Below, piece by piece: positions 1 to 14,400 of a DNA stretch of 64,000 bases; positions within the stretch are counted from its first letter, which is position 1; the number at the start of each line of letters is the position of its first letter. Below the pieces are notes generated by a model, which worked only from the letters and a program-made list of their open reading frames with translations, was not told where the DNA came from and did no database searches. Made by a program: the position numbers and the translations under genes. Source of the DNA: the human T2T-CHM13v2.0 reference genome, Homo sapiens; NCBI RefSeq assembly GCF_009914755.1, contig NC_060944.1; one strand, written 5' to 3'.

Positions 1-2349
1 ACCTGTCCCATTTGACAAACTAAATAATTTACTTATCTTATCGGTTCGTTTCCTCCCACTAGAATGTCAGCTTCTTGAGGGCAGAGATTTTTATCTGTTT
101 TCCAGCTGTTGCATTCCCAGTGCCTGGCACCTAGCAGATGCTTAATACTGTTGAGTGCGTGAGTGAACATGTGTGAAGGCAGTTAGATTTTAACGCAGGG
201 CAGCACAGACCTCCTGCTGTGCGGGTGGCTGATTCATGTCAATTATCTGCCATAATCTCTCTGTGTGGCCTCAGACAAGTTGCCCCTCACATCAGTCTAC
301 CCATGGCCCGTGGGTCTCAATGGCTTCTCAGCCTTGAGGTTGGCCAAGGATGATTTTTATGTGGACAGAGAACAAGGGTCAGGGCCCCCTCCAGGGGGAG
401 AGGTGAGGGAAGCCCTGCTGAGCGCCTTTGCCAAAGGTGCTATATATAAATAGCAGGTGGTTCAATTATTATCCTTCCCTAATCTCCAGTTTCCTAATCC
501 CCCAGCAGGTTTGTGAGTGTGTATGTGTCTTGAGGAACAGTGAACAGCAGAGCCTTCTGGAAGTCCAGGGCAGGAGGCTGCCTCTTCTCTGACTTCATCA
601 GCAGCCCCCATCTCCACTCCCACCCCAGATGGAGTCTGGTGACAGATTTTCCCAGGAGCCTCCCTGGTTACCTTCATGGTCTAGACCCGATGTGGCCTGA
701 AGAGTTGGAGACCTTCCCTGCACCCACCTCAGATACCAGGATAACCCCAGAACAATCTTTCTCATTGGTGCCCAATTCCACGCTCCTCTCTCTCCAGTCC
801 ACCCTCCGCTTGCAGACTGGCCTTTTAGACACATAAATCAGACATGGCCCTCCCGTGCTGAAAACCCTCTAGGGGTCTCCCAACTGCAGAATAAACGCAG
901 GCTCTTTACCCAGGTCTTGGAGACCATCCCACCCTCCCCAGTCCTGCATACTGCGCTTTCTCTCCTCCGGCCTAGCCACCTGGGGCCTTCCCCTCCTTGT
1001 GCTGGGCCCTCTTCCTGGAACACCTTTCTCCCCAAATCTTCGCCTTGCTGACCCTACTTGTGATTCAGCAACCCATGTCTCAGGGAGGTCTTACTGGCCC
1101 CCTTATCTAAATACGCTCACCCCTCTCCTTCTCTAAGTTCAATCTTCCGTTCTTCATTAATTATTTCTACTTGTCCACTTACCTGTCTCCCCTAGTAGAA
1201 TATAAATTCCTCATGGACAGGGACCTCGTGCTCTCCCACACCCAGAGAAATGAAAATTCCCTTGCACTTCAAATGCTGCCCAGAACCCTGTGGGTTCTCA
1301 AGGACTGTTGTCAAACACTTCACTTATTTATCAAATGCTTATGTTGCACTTGGTATGTGCTAGGCTCTTTTTAACATGTCTTACAAATATTAACTCATCA
1401 AATCCTCACAATTGAGACTCACGCTGGCCTCGTCTCAGATGAAGAAGCTGAGGCACAGAAGAGGTAAGGCACTTTCCAGTCCACCCAGCTCATAACAGTA
1501 GCCGGGGGATTTGAACCCACGGAGTTCAGCCCATGTTCTCAAGTGTGGCACCTTCCCTGCCCCCCTGCACAACAGCAGGGCCATGCCTTCACCAGGAGGC
1601 TCGGGGCAGGAGGGGAGGCAGTGGTGTTACTTTGCACAGGTCTTTAACCTGGGAATCAGGAATTCAAATCTTGTTTCTACCCCAAGCTTTGCTGTGTGGC
1701 CTTAAGCAAACCTATTCCCTCTCCGGGCCTCAACTTTCTGTCCATTTACAGGGTTGGGCCTTCTCTCACCTTGTGTCATTCCTGTCCTCTTAACCGCCAC
1801 TGTGTGAACCAAAATTCTCTCCCATTAGCAGCGGGGTCTTGAACTTGTGTTCCTCCCACAGTGCGGAGCCTTCTGCCAGGTGACCACGACACTGGCACTC
1901 CCCATCACTGACCTGGCTACTACAGGAACGGCGTTCCCTCCGGGAAAACCGGGGTTCTGTCCTCTCCAACTCCAGGCCTCTGGCCCCGGCTCCCCTTCCC
2001 CTCATCTTCCTCAGGGCTTGTCCTTCTCCCGGAACCCAGGCCTTCAGGGCCCCGCTCTCCCACACACGCCCCGGCCTGGGCCTCCCACCCGCCCAGTCCG
2101 CCCTCCACCACCGAGACACCTGGCCAGGGGGCCTCCACCTCCCTGGGAAGGCCCCGACCCTTCCCCTCTGGTTGCGCGCCACAGCCCCCTTCTCGCTCCC
2201 TCTCCTCCCCGCGCCTCTTTTCCAGGCGGCACCGAAGTCCTTCCTACACACACGCTATTTTTGTACCATCATCTCTTCTTCCTCTCCCCTTCCCCCTGCG
2301 TTCACTTACTTCCTTCTTTTCCTTCACCTCGGCCCGGCTCTGAAAGGAT

Positions 2350-2708
2350 CGGGCCCCTCCGGCCCGCACCCACCCCCAAGAGGGGCCTTCAGCTTTGGGG
2401 CTCAGAGGCACGACCTCCTGGGGAGGGTTAAAAGGCAGACGCCCCCCCGCCCCCCGCGCCCCCGCGCCCCGACTCCTTCGCCGCCTCCAGCCTCTCGCCA
2501 GTGGGAAGCGGGGAGCAGCCGCGCGGCCGGAGTCCGGAGGCGAGGGGAGGTCGGCCGCAACTTCCCCGGTCCACCTTAAGAGGACGATGTAGCCAGCTCG
2601 CAGCGCTGACCTTAGAAAAACAAGTTTGCGCAAAGTGGAGCGGGGACCCGGCCTCTGGGCAGCCCCGGCGGCGCTTCCAGTGCCTTCCAGCCCTCGCGGG
2701 CGGCGCAG
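2350..2708 (+). other. SIRPA: Probable alternative non-coding first exon of SIRPA (5' end approximate)
   Basis: Donor CAG|GT at 2708/2709, and a pyrimidine tract plus CAG acceptor (ctctccctcctcgctccgcag|) ending at 3629, 9 nt before the ATG. This fits my recollection of SIRPA 5'-UTR splice variants. Confidence 0.5.
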
Positions 2709-3638
2709 GTCCGGGCCCGGCAGGGACGGGGAGGGGCAGAGCGGGACCGGTCGGGGCTGGGGACCAGCCGCGCGGGCTTCTGAACGGGCACGCTGTCGGA
2801 GCCGGAGGCTCGTCTAGTCCCGAGCCCCAGCGGGCCGCGGCGGCTCGCGGGGCCGCCTTCCCGGGACAGCAGCCGGGGCCCGGGCGCCGGCGCGGGGGAG
2901 GACGCTGCCCTCCCCGGCCGGGCGCGCAGCTCGCAGCCCTCGCTCCCTCCCCCGGGGCGCGCAGGCGGGCGCTCGCTCGCAGAGAAGGTGCCGGCGGGGC
3001 CGGAGCCCCGAAGCCTCCCCGGGCGGCGGGAAGACGGGAGGAGGGGAAAGGGAAGGAGGGAGGGGGTCGGGCTGCCGGGAGGGCGGGGGCAGCGGCCGGG
3101 ACTGCGGGCCGGGAGCGAGCCCAGCCGCCCGCGCCGTGTGGAGCCCGGGCGGGGCAGGTGGGCAGCGGCGGGGGCGGCTCCGCGCGGCCGGGCTCGGCCG
3201 TGCTGCCCCTCGCCCCTGCTCGCGCGGTCCTCTCTCCCGCGCGGTCTGTCGGTCTGCGCGCCGCCTCGCTCCTCGCTCCTCGCTCTCCCCCTCTTTCTCC
3301 CCCTCTCGCCTCTCCGTGTCTCTGGCTCTCTGCCTGGCTCCCTTGGGTCTGTTTCTCTCTCCTGCCGCCTCTCTCTGGCCGCCCCTGGCTTTATTTCTCG
3401 CGCGCTTGGGGTCTCTCCCAGTCTCCGTCTCTCCATTTCTCCTGGGGGGCGGGGAGGGGGGGTCTCCAAAAACCGCGGCGGCGGCGGCGGCCGCTCCAGG
3501 CGCCCGTTCCGGAGTCGGGGGGAGGCCCAGCCGGGAGGGGGGAAGGGGGGGAGCCTTAGTCATTTCCCCGCTCCAGCCTGCTCCCGCCCGAGCGCGCACT
3601 CACGGCCGCTCTCCCTCCTCGCTCCGCAGCCGCGGCCC

Positions 3639-3717
3639 ATGGAGCCCGCCGGCCCGGCCCCCGGCCGCCTCGGGCCGCTGCTCTGCCTGCTGCTCGCCGC
3701 GTCCTGCGCCTGGTCAG
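3639..3717 (+). CDS. SIRPA: SIRPA coding exon 1: signal peptide
   Basis: cccATGG start; MEPAGPAPGRLGPLLCLLLAASCAWS(G); donor CAG|GTAAGC; 79 nt, phase 1. Confidence 0.97.
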
Positions 3718-6240
3718 GTAAGCACCCCCCCGCTCCCCACCGCTGCACTCCCCAAACTGCGGGCTCAGGCCTCTCAGACTGGCACTGGGACCCCTTCGGC
3801 TAATGCCGAGCAGTAATAGGGGGAGAGACGCCTGTAACCAGGGTTATAGATGCAGAAACTGAGGCCCAGAGAGGGCCAGCGACATGCCCAAGGTCACACA
3901 GCCAAGGGTAGAACCCAAGTCTCTTCTATGAGAGTTTGTCTCTGTGGACTCTGACTCTGTGCACTGTGCTGGGCACTGAGACAAAAGAGCCGAGTTGCTT
4001 CACTCAGCCCCTGCCCGGTCCAATGGGGAAGGCTGACTGACAGTGGCTTTCAGAGCAGGGCCGTCCGGCTTCCCCAGAATCTGTCCCCATGGACATACGA
4101 CTTTCCACATGTTTGACTTCAGGGTGTGAGGGGAGGAGGTGAGGGCAGAGGTCCTCCCGATGCTGCCTGGAATGGAACAGAGACAAGCTGTTGCAATTAG
4201 GGAAGAGTGAGCCCTCCCTCTGGTGCGCAGAGTAAACCGGTGTTAGTGTGTGCCTGGGAGAGAGGGAGCCGGGAGGCCGCGGTAACCCCAGAGCGAGCTG
4301 CTGCGAGCAACAGATCCTTATGTAAAAACACGGTGGATTGTCCCTGTGGTTGCCAAAGCCTCTCCCTGGTGGTCTTGCTCCTTGAGGCGCTCCCAGCTCC
4401 CCCTTCCTCCTGCCTTCCCCGAGCTTCCAGGCAGCTCCCTGCAGTTCAGGTGCTCCGCGGGGATGTTACCTGTGGCTCTGACCATGTCTTTCTGTTGGCC
4501 TACATCAAACACCTGGCTGTCGCCGGCAGGCGGGCTCTGAAGGCTACTGTGCATGTTCACCAAAGGGTGAGGTCACCATTCAGGAGTCTTGCTTCTTAAA
4601 TGGGTTTTGCAAAACCATGGGTCTCCTGGGAGGGCACCGGGTGGGGGGCGGGGGGAGCAGAGAAATGGCATTAAGGGAGTTGGGAGGGAGAGAAAAATGG
4701 GGATCTTGTTTTTTGTCGTCTTGAAACTGTGTTGTAGGCAGTGGGGTCTCTCTGTACCTCCCACCCTTGAGGAGGGAGGTAAAGATGAGCTCAGTGTCCA
4801 ACACCCCCTTTTGCGTTTGACTAGAGATGGTAACCATCTGATAGCAGGGAGAAAGGGAGAACTAGCAAAGAGTGGGTGGAAGGAGAAGTATGGGGGGTAG
4901 ACAGCTGCTTCTCTCTGCCCTGCAGTTTCCCCTGAAACCCAGGAATTCACATAGGCATCCCCCCACCCCACCCCACCCTCCACCCCCAGTTCTTTTCAGT
5001 TATAGTTGCGTCCTTGCTGGGCTGAAGGGAGCACTGATACAGTTCACGTCTCTCCAGTGAGTGGCATCTCCTATCTGCTCCTTCCTGCCTGAGCTGGCCA
5101 TTTGTACCCTGCAAAAGTCCGAGTTCCTGCCCTGCCATCCTTCCTGGCCTGGAAATGCACAAGTGTCACTCACAAGTGCTTAATTTTCCTGAAGCAGGGA
5201 ATTGGGCCCGAGTTAATTTCTAAATGTCTATTCCAGACCCTTCTCCGACCAGGAGGCTGTGGTTCAGTCCCTGGCAAACGAGCAGTGACGCTGATTAGCA
5301 AGTGCTCCGATGGGCAGCCTGCCTTTCCTGGGGCACCGGCTGGGAACACCAACACCTTTCTTGTGAGCACATCTCCCCCTTTTGCCTATAAAAACAGTCT
5401 ATAAGATGGTAAAGATTGGGCCATAAAACTTCCGTTCCAATCCATTCAGCATCAATAGCCTGAAAAAGTGGGAGCAGCAGAGGGGCCAAGATTAGCTTTG
5501 AAATAAATAAATCTTAGGAGGTAAGAATGAATTTCTTGGTCGAGGGTGGTGGGGAAGGGATGAGGTGCGACCATCATAGCTCAAGTCTCCCATTATCCTT
5601 CAGTATCTGTTCTTCGGGGTCCTGGTCACACCATGGGCCTGGGCAGGGAAGTCACCTGGTTTGGCTGAAGGATGGGGCCTCAGGCCCCTCCCCCTATTGC
5701 TCCAGACATGGAATTTACAACAAAGAAGTAGAGAGACAGGATATGAGGGTAGGAAGGTACAAGGAGGCAGTTGTCCAATTTTCTAAGAAAATGGATTTGT
5801 TCGAGTGAGAAACTAAAATGTCAGGTTTAGGAAGGCGGCTTTGGATTGAATGACTACTAGTGTCTCAGGCAGAACTGTCAGCCTGGGAGGTGTCACATGA
5901 TTCCTGTGTCTTCACATGATCACTGTTTTGGGGGGGTGGGGCCAATCATGTGAATTATCCTGGGTGGGGGAGGCAAGAGAAGAAGTTTCTAAAGATTGCT
6001 TTTAGCACAAATGCTGCCAAAGGGAAATTCTAAAAAGATCCCAGTGAAGTCACCAACCTATGTTTTTGGACCCAATGTGAGGCCTGTTTCCTAAAACAAC
6101 TGCACTGAGGGAGATTCTGAGGCTGGGAGAAGGGCAAGGGACTGAGGCCTGGGGACACCTGGCACCTGATTTTGTGTCAGCAGGGCCTGACGCTGAACCC
6201 GCAGGATGCCTGCTTGGCCCCAGGTAGGCCTTGAGACCTC

Positions 6241-6467
6241 TGAGTCACCCCCCAGGCCGACCTCAGATAAACTCCCATTCATTTCTTCTCTCTGGCCTGG
6301 AGGAGGCCAAGCCAAGTTGCAGTTCAGGCTCTGGGGAGCAGCGGGGCCCCCCAGTGAACCTCTCACCGTTTGGTAGAGGGTGGCACTCTGGGGGCTCCTC
6401 TGTACTTTCCTAAATGGTAAAGTTAATCTCACTTCCTCTTTCGTAAGAAGAGAAAACGGGGCGGGAG
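6241..6467. promoter_or_regulatory. Candidate myeloid intronic enhancer (AP-1, PU.1, C/EBP-like, GC box)
   Basis: TGAGTCA at 6241-6247; CACTTCCTCTTT at 6430-6441 (reverse complement AAAGAGGAAGTG); overlapping TTTCGTAA at 6439-6446; GGGGCGGGAG at ~6458-6467. Confidence 0.5.
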
Positions 6468-8267
6468 TGCTTTGGCTCAACACATCAGGCTGTTGGAAGT
6501 TCCTTTAAAGCCATAGTTTTCTCTGAGTACTTTCTGGCCTTTACCAACCCCTCGGAAACTCACGGTAATTCACGTCTGTACTTGCAGTCATGCAGCACCT
6601 ATGCAGTGCTGGTGTGAACCATGTGTTGAGAGAAGGGAGGAAAACCAACATTCATTAGATAGTTAATGGCGTTCCAGGCCGGATGCTGCTCCTGCGTCGT
6701 CTCACCCGCAAGACATGGATTGGCTCTTCTCCCCATTCTGCAGATGCAGAAAATCGAGTCCCAAACTGGGGAACTAACTTATAAGTGATAGAGAGGAGCC
6801 AGGATTTTGGATGCTGGCCTTCCTGCTGGGTGGCTTCTAGGGAAGAAGCTCAATGACTTAATCAGGATGATTTAGTCCAAGCTGGAGAGGGAGTGAGAGA
6901 GGCCCCTTTCTGGCCTTGGGTGGAGGACTGTAGAAGAGTTCTTTCTCTGGGCAGAAGGTTTTGATGAAGTCACAGGCATTTCTCTGAAAGCCTGCTGAGG
7001 GTGGAAATACTGACAGCCCCTTGGTCCTCACCAGTAACAACACATGAGAGGTGATGTGGCTCCTGTGAGAGCCCCCCATCTGGGCTGCTGAGCTCTGGAG
7101 CCCCCAGAGCTGGAATATTCCTCCCTGCATCTTCCTGGTGCCCTTTGCGACAGATGGAGAGGGGGTGTGCGAGAGGAAGGGAGTCTAAAAGTGTTGTACG
7201 GATCCCACACGCGCTCGCTTGCTGCTTCCAATGGCTCCGTGCGACAGGTTATTTTCTTATTTGTAGTCTTGGACTGACGGAAGGTTTCCCCCCTCTCTCT
7301 CTCTTTTTAAATGTGCTCAGATTTCTGGCCTGTCAACACAACTCAGATCATGTCACTCCCCAGCTCAAAACTGTTGAGTGGGTCCAAGTTTTCTTTAAAA
7401 AAAAAAAACAAAAAAACACAAAGCTGCCGTGAGGCCTGGGCTTCCTCCCTGCCAGGCCTGATTTCCAGCCACATGTTTTCCAACAAGCTGACCTGTTGAG
7501 ATGCTGCAGGATAACCAGGCTTCCTCCCTGCAGACCAGAGCTTTGCTGGCTACTCAGCCACACGAGCACCCCAAAGACCCTGAGAAGCCCTGCAATGTAG
7601 AATCCCGAGCTGGGTCACATTTACTCCAGTGTTCCCTGAACTTATGAACGAGAGGCATTTGATTTGTAGTATGCCCGTTAGCATGTGGCCTCTCTCCGTT
7701 TGGTAAACGGTTTTCTACAGATCCATGCCCTCAGCTGAACTCTCAGCTCTGTGCCTTGGCCCGTGCTGTTCCTGCCATCAGAAATGCCCTCCCTGTACCT
7801 CCTTGTCTTCCTGTGTCTGAATCCTACTCATCCTCCGAGGTTCAATTTAATGTGCCTCCTGGGGAGAGGTCAGAGGAGCCTCTCCACGCAGACACACACC
7901 CTGGCCTAGCGCTAAGATGGTGCTAAGACCCCTGGGTGTTGATCTGAGCCCTGCTACTGACTTGGACAATTTGCAGGAATCTGTGTCTCATTTTGCTCAT
8001 CTGTAAAAGAGGAATGGTATTAACCACTCTATTGCAAGGATTAAGTTAATTAATGCGTGTATAATGCTGGAAGCCATGCCTTGTATGTAGTAAGCACTCA
8101 ATACATATTAACCAGTGTTGTAATTAGCATGGCTTTATTCTGGTTTGATTCCTCTTTTTTAACAATTGGGACGGATTTTCATAAAACATCTAACACAGTT
8201 GCTTACACATAGGGGGTACTTAAAAAACAGCAAAGGCTGTTCAGTGAACAAATGTCCTTCAGCTTGA

Positions 8268-8624
<357 letters not shown>

Positions 8625-9220
8625 TAGAAACCCAGGCTAGAGTGATTTAATTGCCTGTTACTAGGGACTGAGTGCTGTGGGCACAGCCTGCCTCTAGGTG
8701 TCTCTATCTGGATCCACAGGTCTGCAGTTGTGGATTCCCGGACCTGCAAAGCAGTAGGGGGCCTGAGAGAGCCCTCTGTGCTTTCATCCAGTGCCTTATG
8801 GTGCGGCCAGAAGAACAGAGAGAAAAAAACTGGCCGGGCCCACGCGGGAGATCCATGGCAAGGCCCGGCTGGAACGCCAAGCCTCCTGTGGTCCAGGCCA
8901 AGGCTTTTAAAAACTGGGCTGTGCTGGAACTTTCCACTGTTTCAGCCAGAAATCTGACAGGATCCCGAATTCCCCGGGAAAACACTAAAGTAATACTAAT
9001 AGGAACCATCTGGGTTCTCTGCTTCCTGGGCTCAGCACTTGGTGTGTGTGACCCTGGTGGTACTCACAGCCACCTGGCGATGCACGTCGTTATCTTCGGA
9101 CCCGTTGGATCTGTGAGGAAACTGAGGCTCTGAATGGTGAAGCAGCTTGCCCAAGGCCACACCGTAAGCGCCAGATGTGGATAACCACTGTCGGCCTAAT
9201 CACAGAGCCTATGTGGTTAA

Positions 9221-9661
<441 letters not shown>

Positions 9662-10654
9662 TCCTCTCGTATTTCTATCAGTGCACCTTCCTATGAGGTG
9701 GGGGCAGTGTGTGTCCCCAAGGTGTGTCCCTGTCCCCATACTAGAGAAGGAAGCATCTATTTTCACAGCTGAAACTGCTTTCCTGTTAACTGCTGGTGTT
9801 CCTGGGATGGGTATTCTGATGAAGCCCTCCACGAGATGGATTTTCCCTGCCAGGTGTCTTGCCAGGCCCTCAGTCCAGAGAGATGCAAAACAGCTGAGGT
9901 GGAAGTCGGAAATGCTGCAGAATTGGTTCTTTGTGTCTGTAAGATTTCCTGGCACATTCGTTCGGGGGCGCAGGGTGTTAGATGGCTGCAGATTAGCGCC
10001 AAGAGCCCAAGGAGATCAGGTGCTCGGATCAGGAGGGAAATTGGAAGCCGGGAGTGAGCGATGGGCCTCCCAGCCAGGAGGGACGGCTGGAGCAGGTGGG
10101 CGGTGATACCAGCGCCGTTTCTACAGCTCCATTCTTCAGGCCGACCGTCGGTGTTCTCCAGAAATGGAAGCCCGTGGTGGAAGGAAATACTAGGTACACG
10201 ATGTGCTCGGCACAGGCTGAGCCTTGAACATGTGTTAGCTCTTCCTTATCTTTTTATTTTGGAAAATTTCAAACATATGCAAAATGAGAAGGAATGATGT
10301 AATGAGCCTCAGCTTTGACACTGATCAACTCTATACCATGCTTGTCCCCTGCCCCTATTTTTGCTAGGGAGAGGAGAATCGGGGAGTATATAAAGCAAGT
10401 GCTAAACATGGGGTATCATTTCACCCACCGATACTCTCTCCACATCCCTTCATGTGAGCTGTTACCTGACCCTCACCACGAGCCAAACAGTATGGCCCCT
10501 CATCCCCACTTTACAGATAAGGCAACTGAGGCTTCCCAAGGCCAAGTGGGGCTCATCCTTAGGCCACACAGCCAGTGAGAGGTAAAGCCAGGCTCCACTC
10601 CTCACTTTACCCTTAACCACTTTGCAGTCATTATTAGGGTCATTTTAATTGTAA

Positions 10655-10800
10655 ATATTCATTCAACAAATATTTTTGAGCACCTACTATGTGCCAGGGA
10701 TGGCTCTAGGTGCTTGGAGGATACAAATGTGAACAAGACAGACAAAAACACCTGCTCTCGTGCAGCAGACATTCTAGTGAGGAAGAGAAAAACACACCCA
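10655..10800. mobile_element. L2 3'-end fragment (representative of many L2/MIR relics in the window)
   Basis: attcattcaacaaatatttttgagcacctactatgtgccagg matches the typical L2 terminus. Confidence 0.65.
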
Positions 10801-10919
10801 AGTAAACAAATGATGCCAGGTAGCTGGGGAGAAAAGCAGGAGGAGGGAAGGGAGAAGGTTAGTCAGGACAGAGGGAGGGCCGCTCTAAGGAGCAGAGGCC
10901 TCAAGAAAATGTACAATTA

Positions 10920-11427
<508 letters not shown>

Positions 11428-14400
11428 CTAACATGGAGCATGTCTGGCTTGTGAGAGGATCATTATGCATTCTCTCATTTAATTCTCACCACGGGTTCTG
11501 TAAGATGGGAAATACCGTTAATCCATTGGACAGATGAAGAAACTGAGACTCAGAAAGGTAAAGTGACTTGCCTAAGGTCACACAGCTTTTATGTGCAGAA
11601 CTAGGATTTAGGTCCCTGAATGCTGCAGCATCCCCATTGCTGCTTTCCGCGGCCGCCCTTGACCCCTTCGGGCTCTTCACCCATAGCAGCTGGAGTGAAT
11701 CAAGTCATCTTTGGTTCTGCTGGAAACCTTTTTCGGTTTCCAGCATGGCATTTCTGGACCACGTCTGTCTCTTCATCCTCACCTCTTACCACTCTCCTGC
11801 CTCCTTGGGCTTCAGCCTTGGCAGCCTCCTTTCTGGCCCTTCACCAGCTTCTTTCCCACCCGAGGGCCTTTGCACTGGCTGTCTCTTCTACGGGAGCATC
11901 TTCCCTGGTCTTCACTTCCTTTGGGTCTCAGCTGCCACCTCCCTTCCTTGGATGCTGTCCCAACCACCCCATTCCAAAAGAGGTTATCGCTTGTGATTCT
12001 CTATCACTGGGCCAAATCTGCCTGTTGCCTAGTGCTCCTAGCCCTTTCTATATTAATTCATTTCATTATTTCAGCTCTGTCTCCCCCACTAGGATATAAG
12101 CTGCACGAGAGATGGGCTATGTCTCTTACTCACTGTTGGGCCTCCCAGGACCTCAGCACAGGGCCTGACACACAGTAGGTGGGTTAATAGATATTGATTG
12201 AATGAAAGAACAAGGTGGGTACTAAAATCCCCCTTTTAAAGAGGAGGCTTGGAGTTATGAGGTTGTACGAGCAAAGCTTATTCCCTAACTACCACAGTCC
12301 CCCCGCTGCAGCCAGGGCCGGGATCATACCACAATTCCCTGCCCATCAAGCTGTCATGAATAGCCCTAAGATATCAGGAAGCACAAAGATATCAATGCCA
12401 GGAGGGATAGGAGGAGGCGGCCAAGAAACCCCGGAATTTGTACTTAAAATTCTGGCTACGCAAACTGCTTGCCCAACTTTAGACACCATGATGAATGATC
12501 AGGTGCTGCAACCATGAAACATGACGTAATTAGTGCTGCACTCTTGGCTGGGGGTTGGCTTGGAGGCCCCACCTCGAGGTTAGCCTCCCCCAGAGGGTCA
12601 CTGCACGAGGCAGTCTGGTGCGGGGTGGGGGTTAGAACAGAGGGAGGTGGAATCAGACCACTCGGCAGCCCTGTGACCATGGCCAAATGGTTGTACCTCC
12701 CAAAGCTTCACATCTGGTCCTCCGTGAAATGGGGGTGGCGACAGCCCTGTCTTACTGGGCTCCTGCAGAGGTTCCATGAGGCCTGTCTTGCTCTGGGCAG
12801 CGTCGATGCTTATTAGCTATTGTTACTGCTGTTATGTGATTGTCATCGTTTTATGGTTTGGGAATTTTAAAAGCTCCATCTTTTGCCAGCGGGGAGACCT
12901 GGAACCCACTCCTCTGCCCCCTCAGCCTCAGTTTCCCCTTCTGTGACCGGGAGGCTTGGCTCGGCTCCTCTCTTGCAGGTCCCTTCCAGCCCTGATGCTC
13001 CAGCCTGCATGTCCTCCTGGCCCTTTGTCCTGATGACTCCACAGACTCCTCTGGGAGGAGAGGCCATGGAGGGGCTTCTGCTCTGGGGCACATTCCTGAA
13101 TTGGAGTCCAGCATGTGCCGCTTACTGGCTGTGTGCTCTGGGGCAGGTGTCTTCCCAGCTCTGAGCCTCCGTTTCCCCATCTGCAAAATGGAACCGCTAA
13201 CACTGTTTCCTCCCAAATGGGTGACTGTTGAGGGTTAAGGAATTAAGAGCCGTGGAAAGTGCTTTTGCAAGCTGCAAAATGCTCTATAAAAGGAATCAGT
13301 GAATAGTGTCAGCTTGGGGAAAAATCCCGTCAGTCCGGAGACTGTCTGCTGCCGGCAGTGTGCTGAAACCCTGGCAAATGTCGTTTAATAAATGCGTGTT
13401 GCTTTTAAGAGGGCCTTTATCTCAGCTGGGAAAATGTGTGCGCATCCTTGGCAACCTGAGAATCCAGAAGCCTGAACTGGAGGGGACCTGTCACAGGGAG
13501 AGGCGATCGCATGGGGTGGCTCCAGCCTCCAGTGTTGGAATCCCACCTCTGCCACTTACCTACCTCTCCAGACTCTGCTTCCTCATCTGTAGGAGGGGAC
13601 AGTGACAATAGCACCTGCCACTCTGGGCCAGGATGTCCTGAGGGCTAAATGAAGGCTTCTGGTTATCTGGCCTAACCCATGCATTTCCCCCATGAAAGTG
13701 TGGCTGTGCAGCACCAGGGCCTGTCTCAGGGCAATGGTTGGGGCCTGGAGATTGGGAGGACCTCCCAACCTCAGCCTCTCCAGGCCTTACTCCAGGCCTC
13801 AGTTTCTTCCTCTGCAAAATGAGGAGGAGGAAAGGTCCTTAGGTTGTCAAGGCACCAAGCCTAGTAGATGTCAATGTCCTCTACCTGCTCTCTCAGCCTC
13901 TGCCGGTCCCCCGAAGCCTGTTAATTCTAAAGGATATTTACACAGATTTGCAGTTCTTTTCCTGCCACTTTGCAAACAGGGTCACACTGCAAGCATCGCT
14001 TCATCACCTCCAGGTTTCATCTGAACCCGGCAAATGCTCCATAGGGCTCCCAGTGCCGCCTGTCCCCGCTGCCTCCTTGCCAGCAGTGTGCTCAGCCTGC
14101 TTACAGGCCCATGCCAGAGGGGCCTCATGCATGCATCAAGGCAGAGCTGGTTCTGCCTCGGAGAGGATCCCGAGCCTCTCAGGCTTAAGGACGTGGTCAT
14201 CTGTCGCCCCCTTCATCTTTAGACACCCATCTGCATGGTGACAGCTGCTCTGCATTGAGTACTTACTCTGTGCCAGGCACGCTAGCCCGTTTCATCCTCA
14301 GAACAACCCTAGTATTGTTATCATCATCATCATCATCAGACCCATTCTACAGATAAAGAGCCAGAGGTCCAGAGTGGGCGAGACATTCCCTGGAGTCTCA

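Larger units (their letters stand above)
2050..3810. promoter_or_regulatory. CpG island / GC-rich promoter of SIRPA
   Basis: Very high GC and CpG density relative to the flanks, many GC boxes, (CGG)5 at 3476-3490, C/EBP palindrome TTTGCGCAAA at 2625-2634 and AP-1-like TTAGTCA at 3556-3562. It surrounds the start codon. Confidence 0.9.

Noticed and set aside
2501-3599. Long ORFs of 226-352 aa on both strands across the promoter
   Set aside because: Gly/Ala/Arg/Pro-rich translations that reflect stop-codon scarcity in a CpG island; no recognisable domain.
2988-3638. Open frame upstream of and in frame with the SIRPA ATG (GTG at 2988)
   Set aside because: It would bury the signal peptide behind a long low-complexity extension, lies largely in a probable 5'-UTR intron, and is expected by chance at this GC content.
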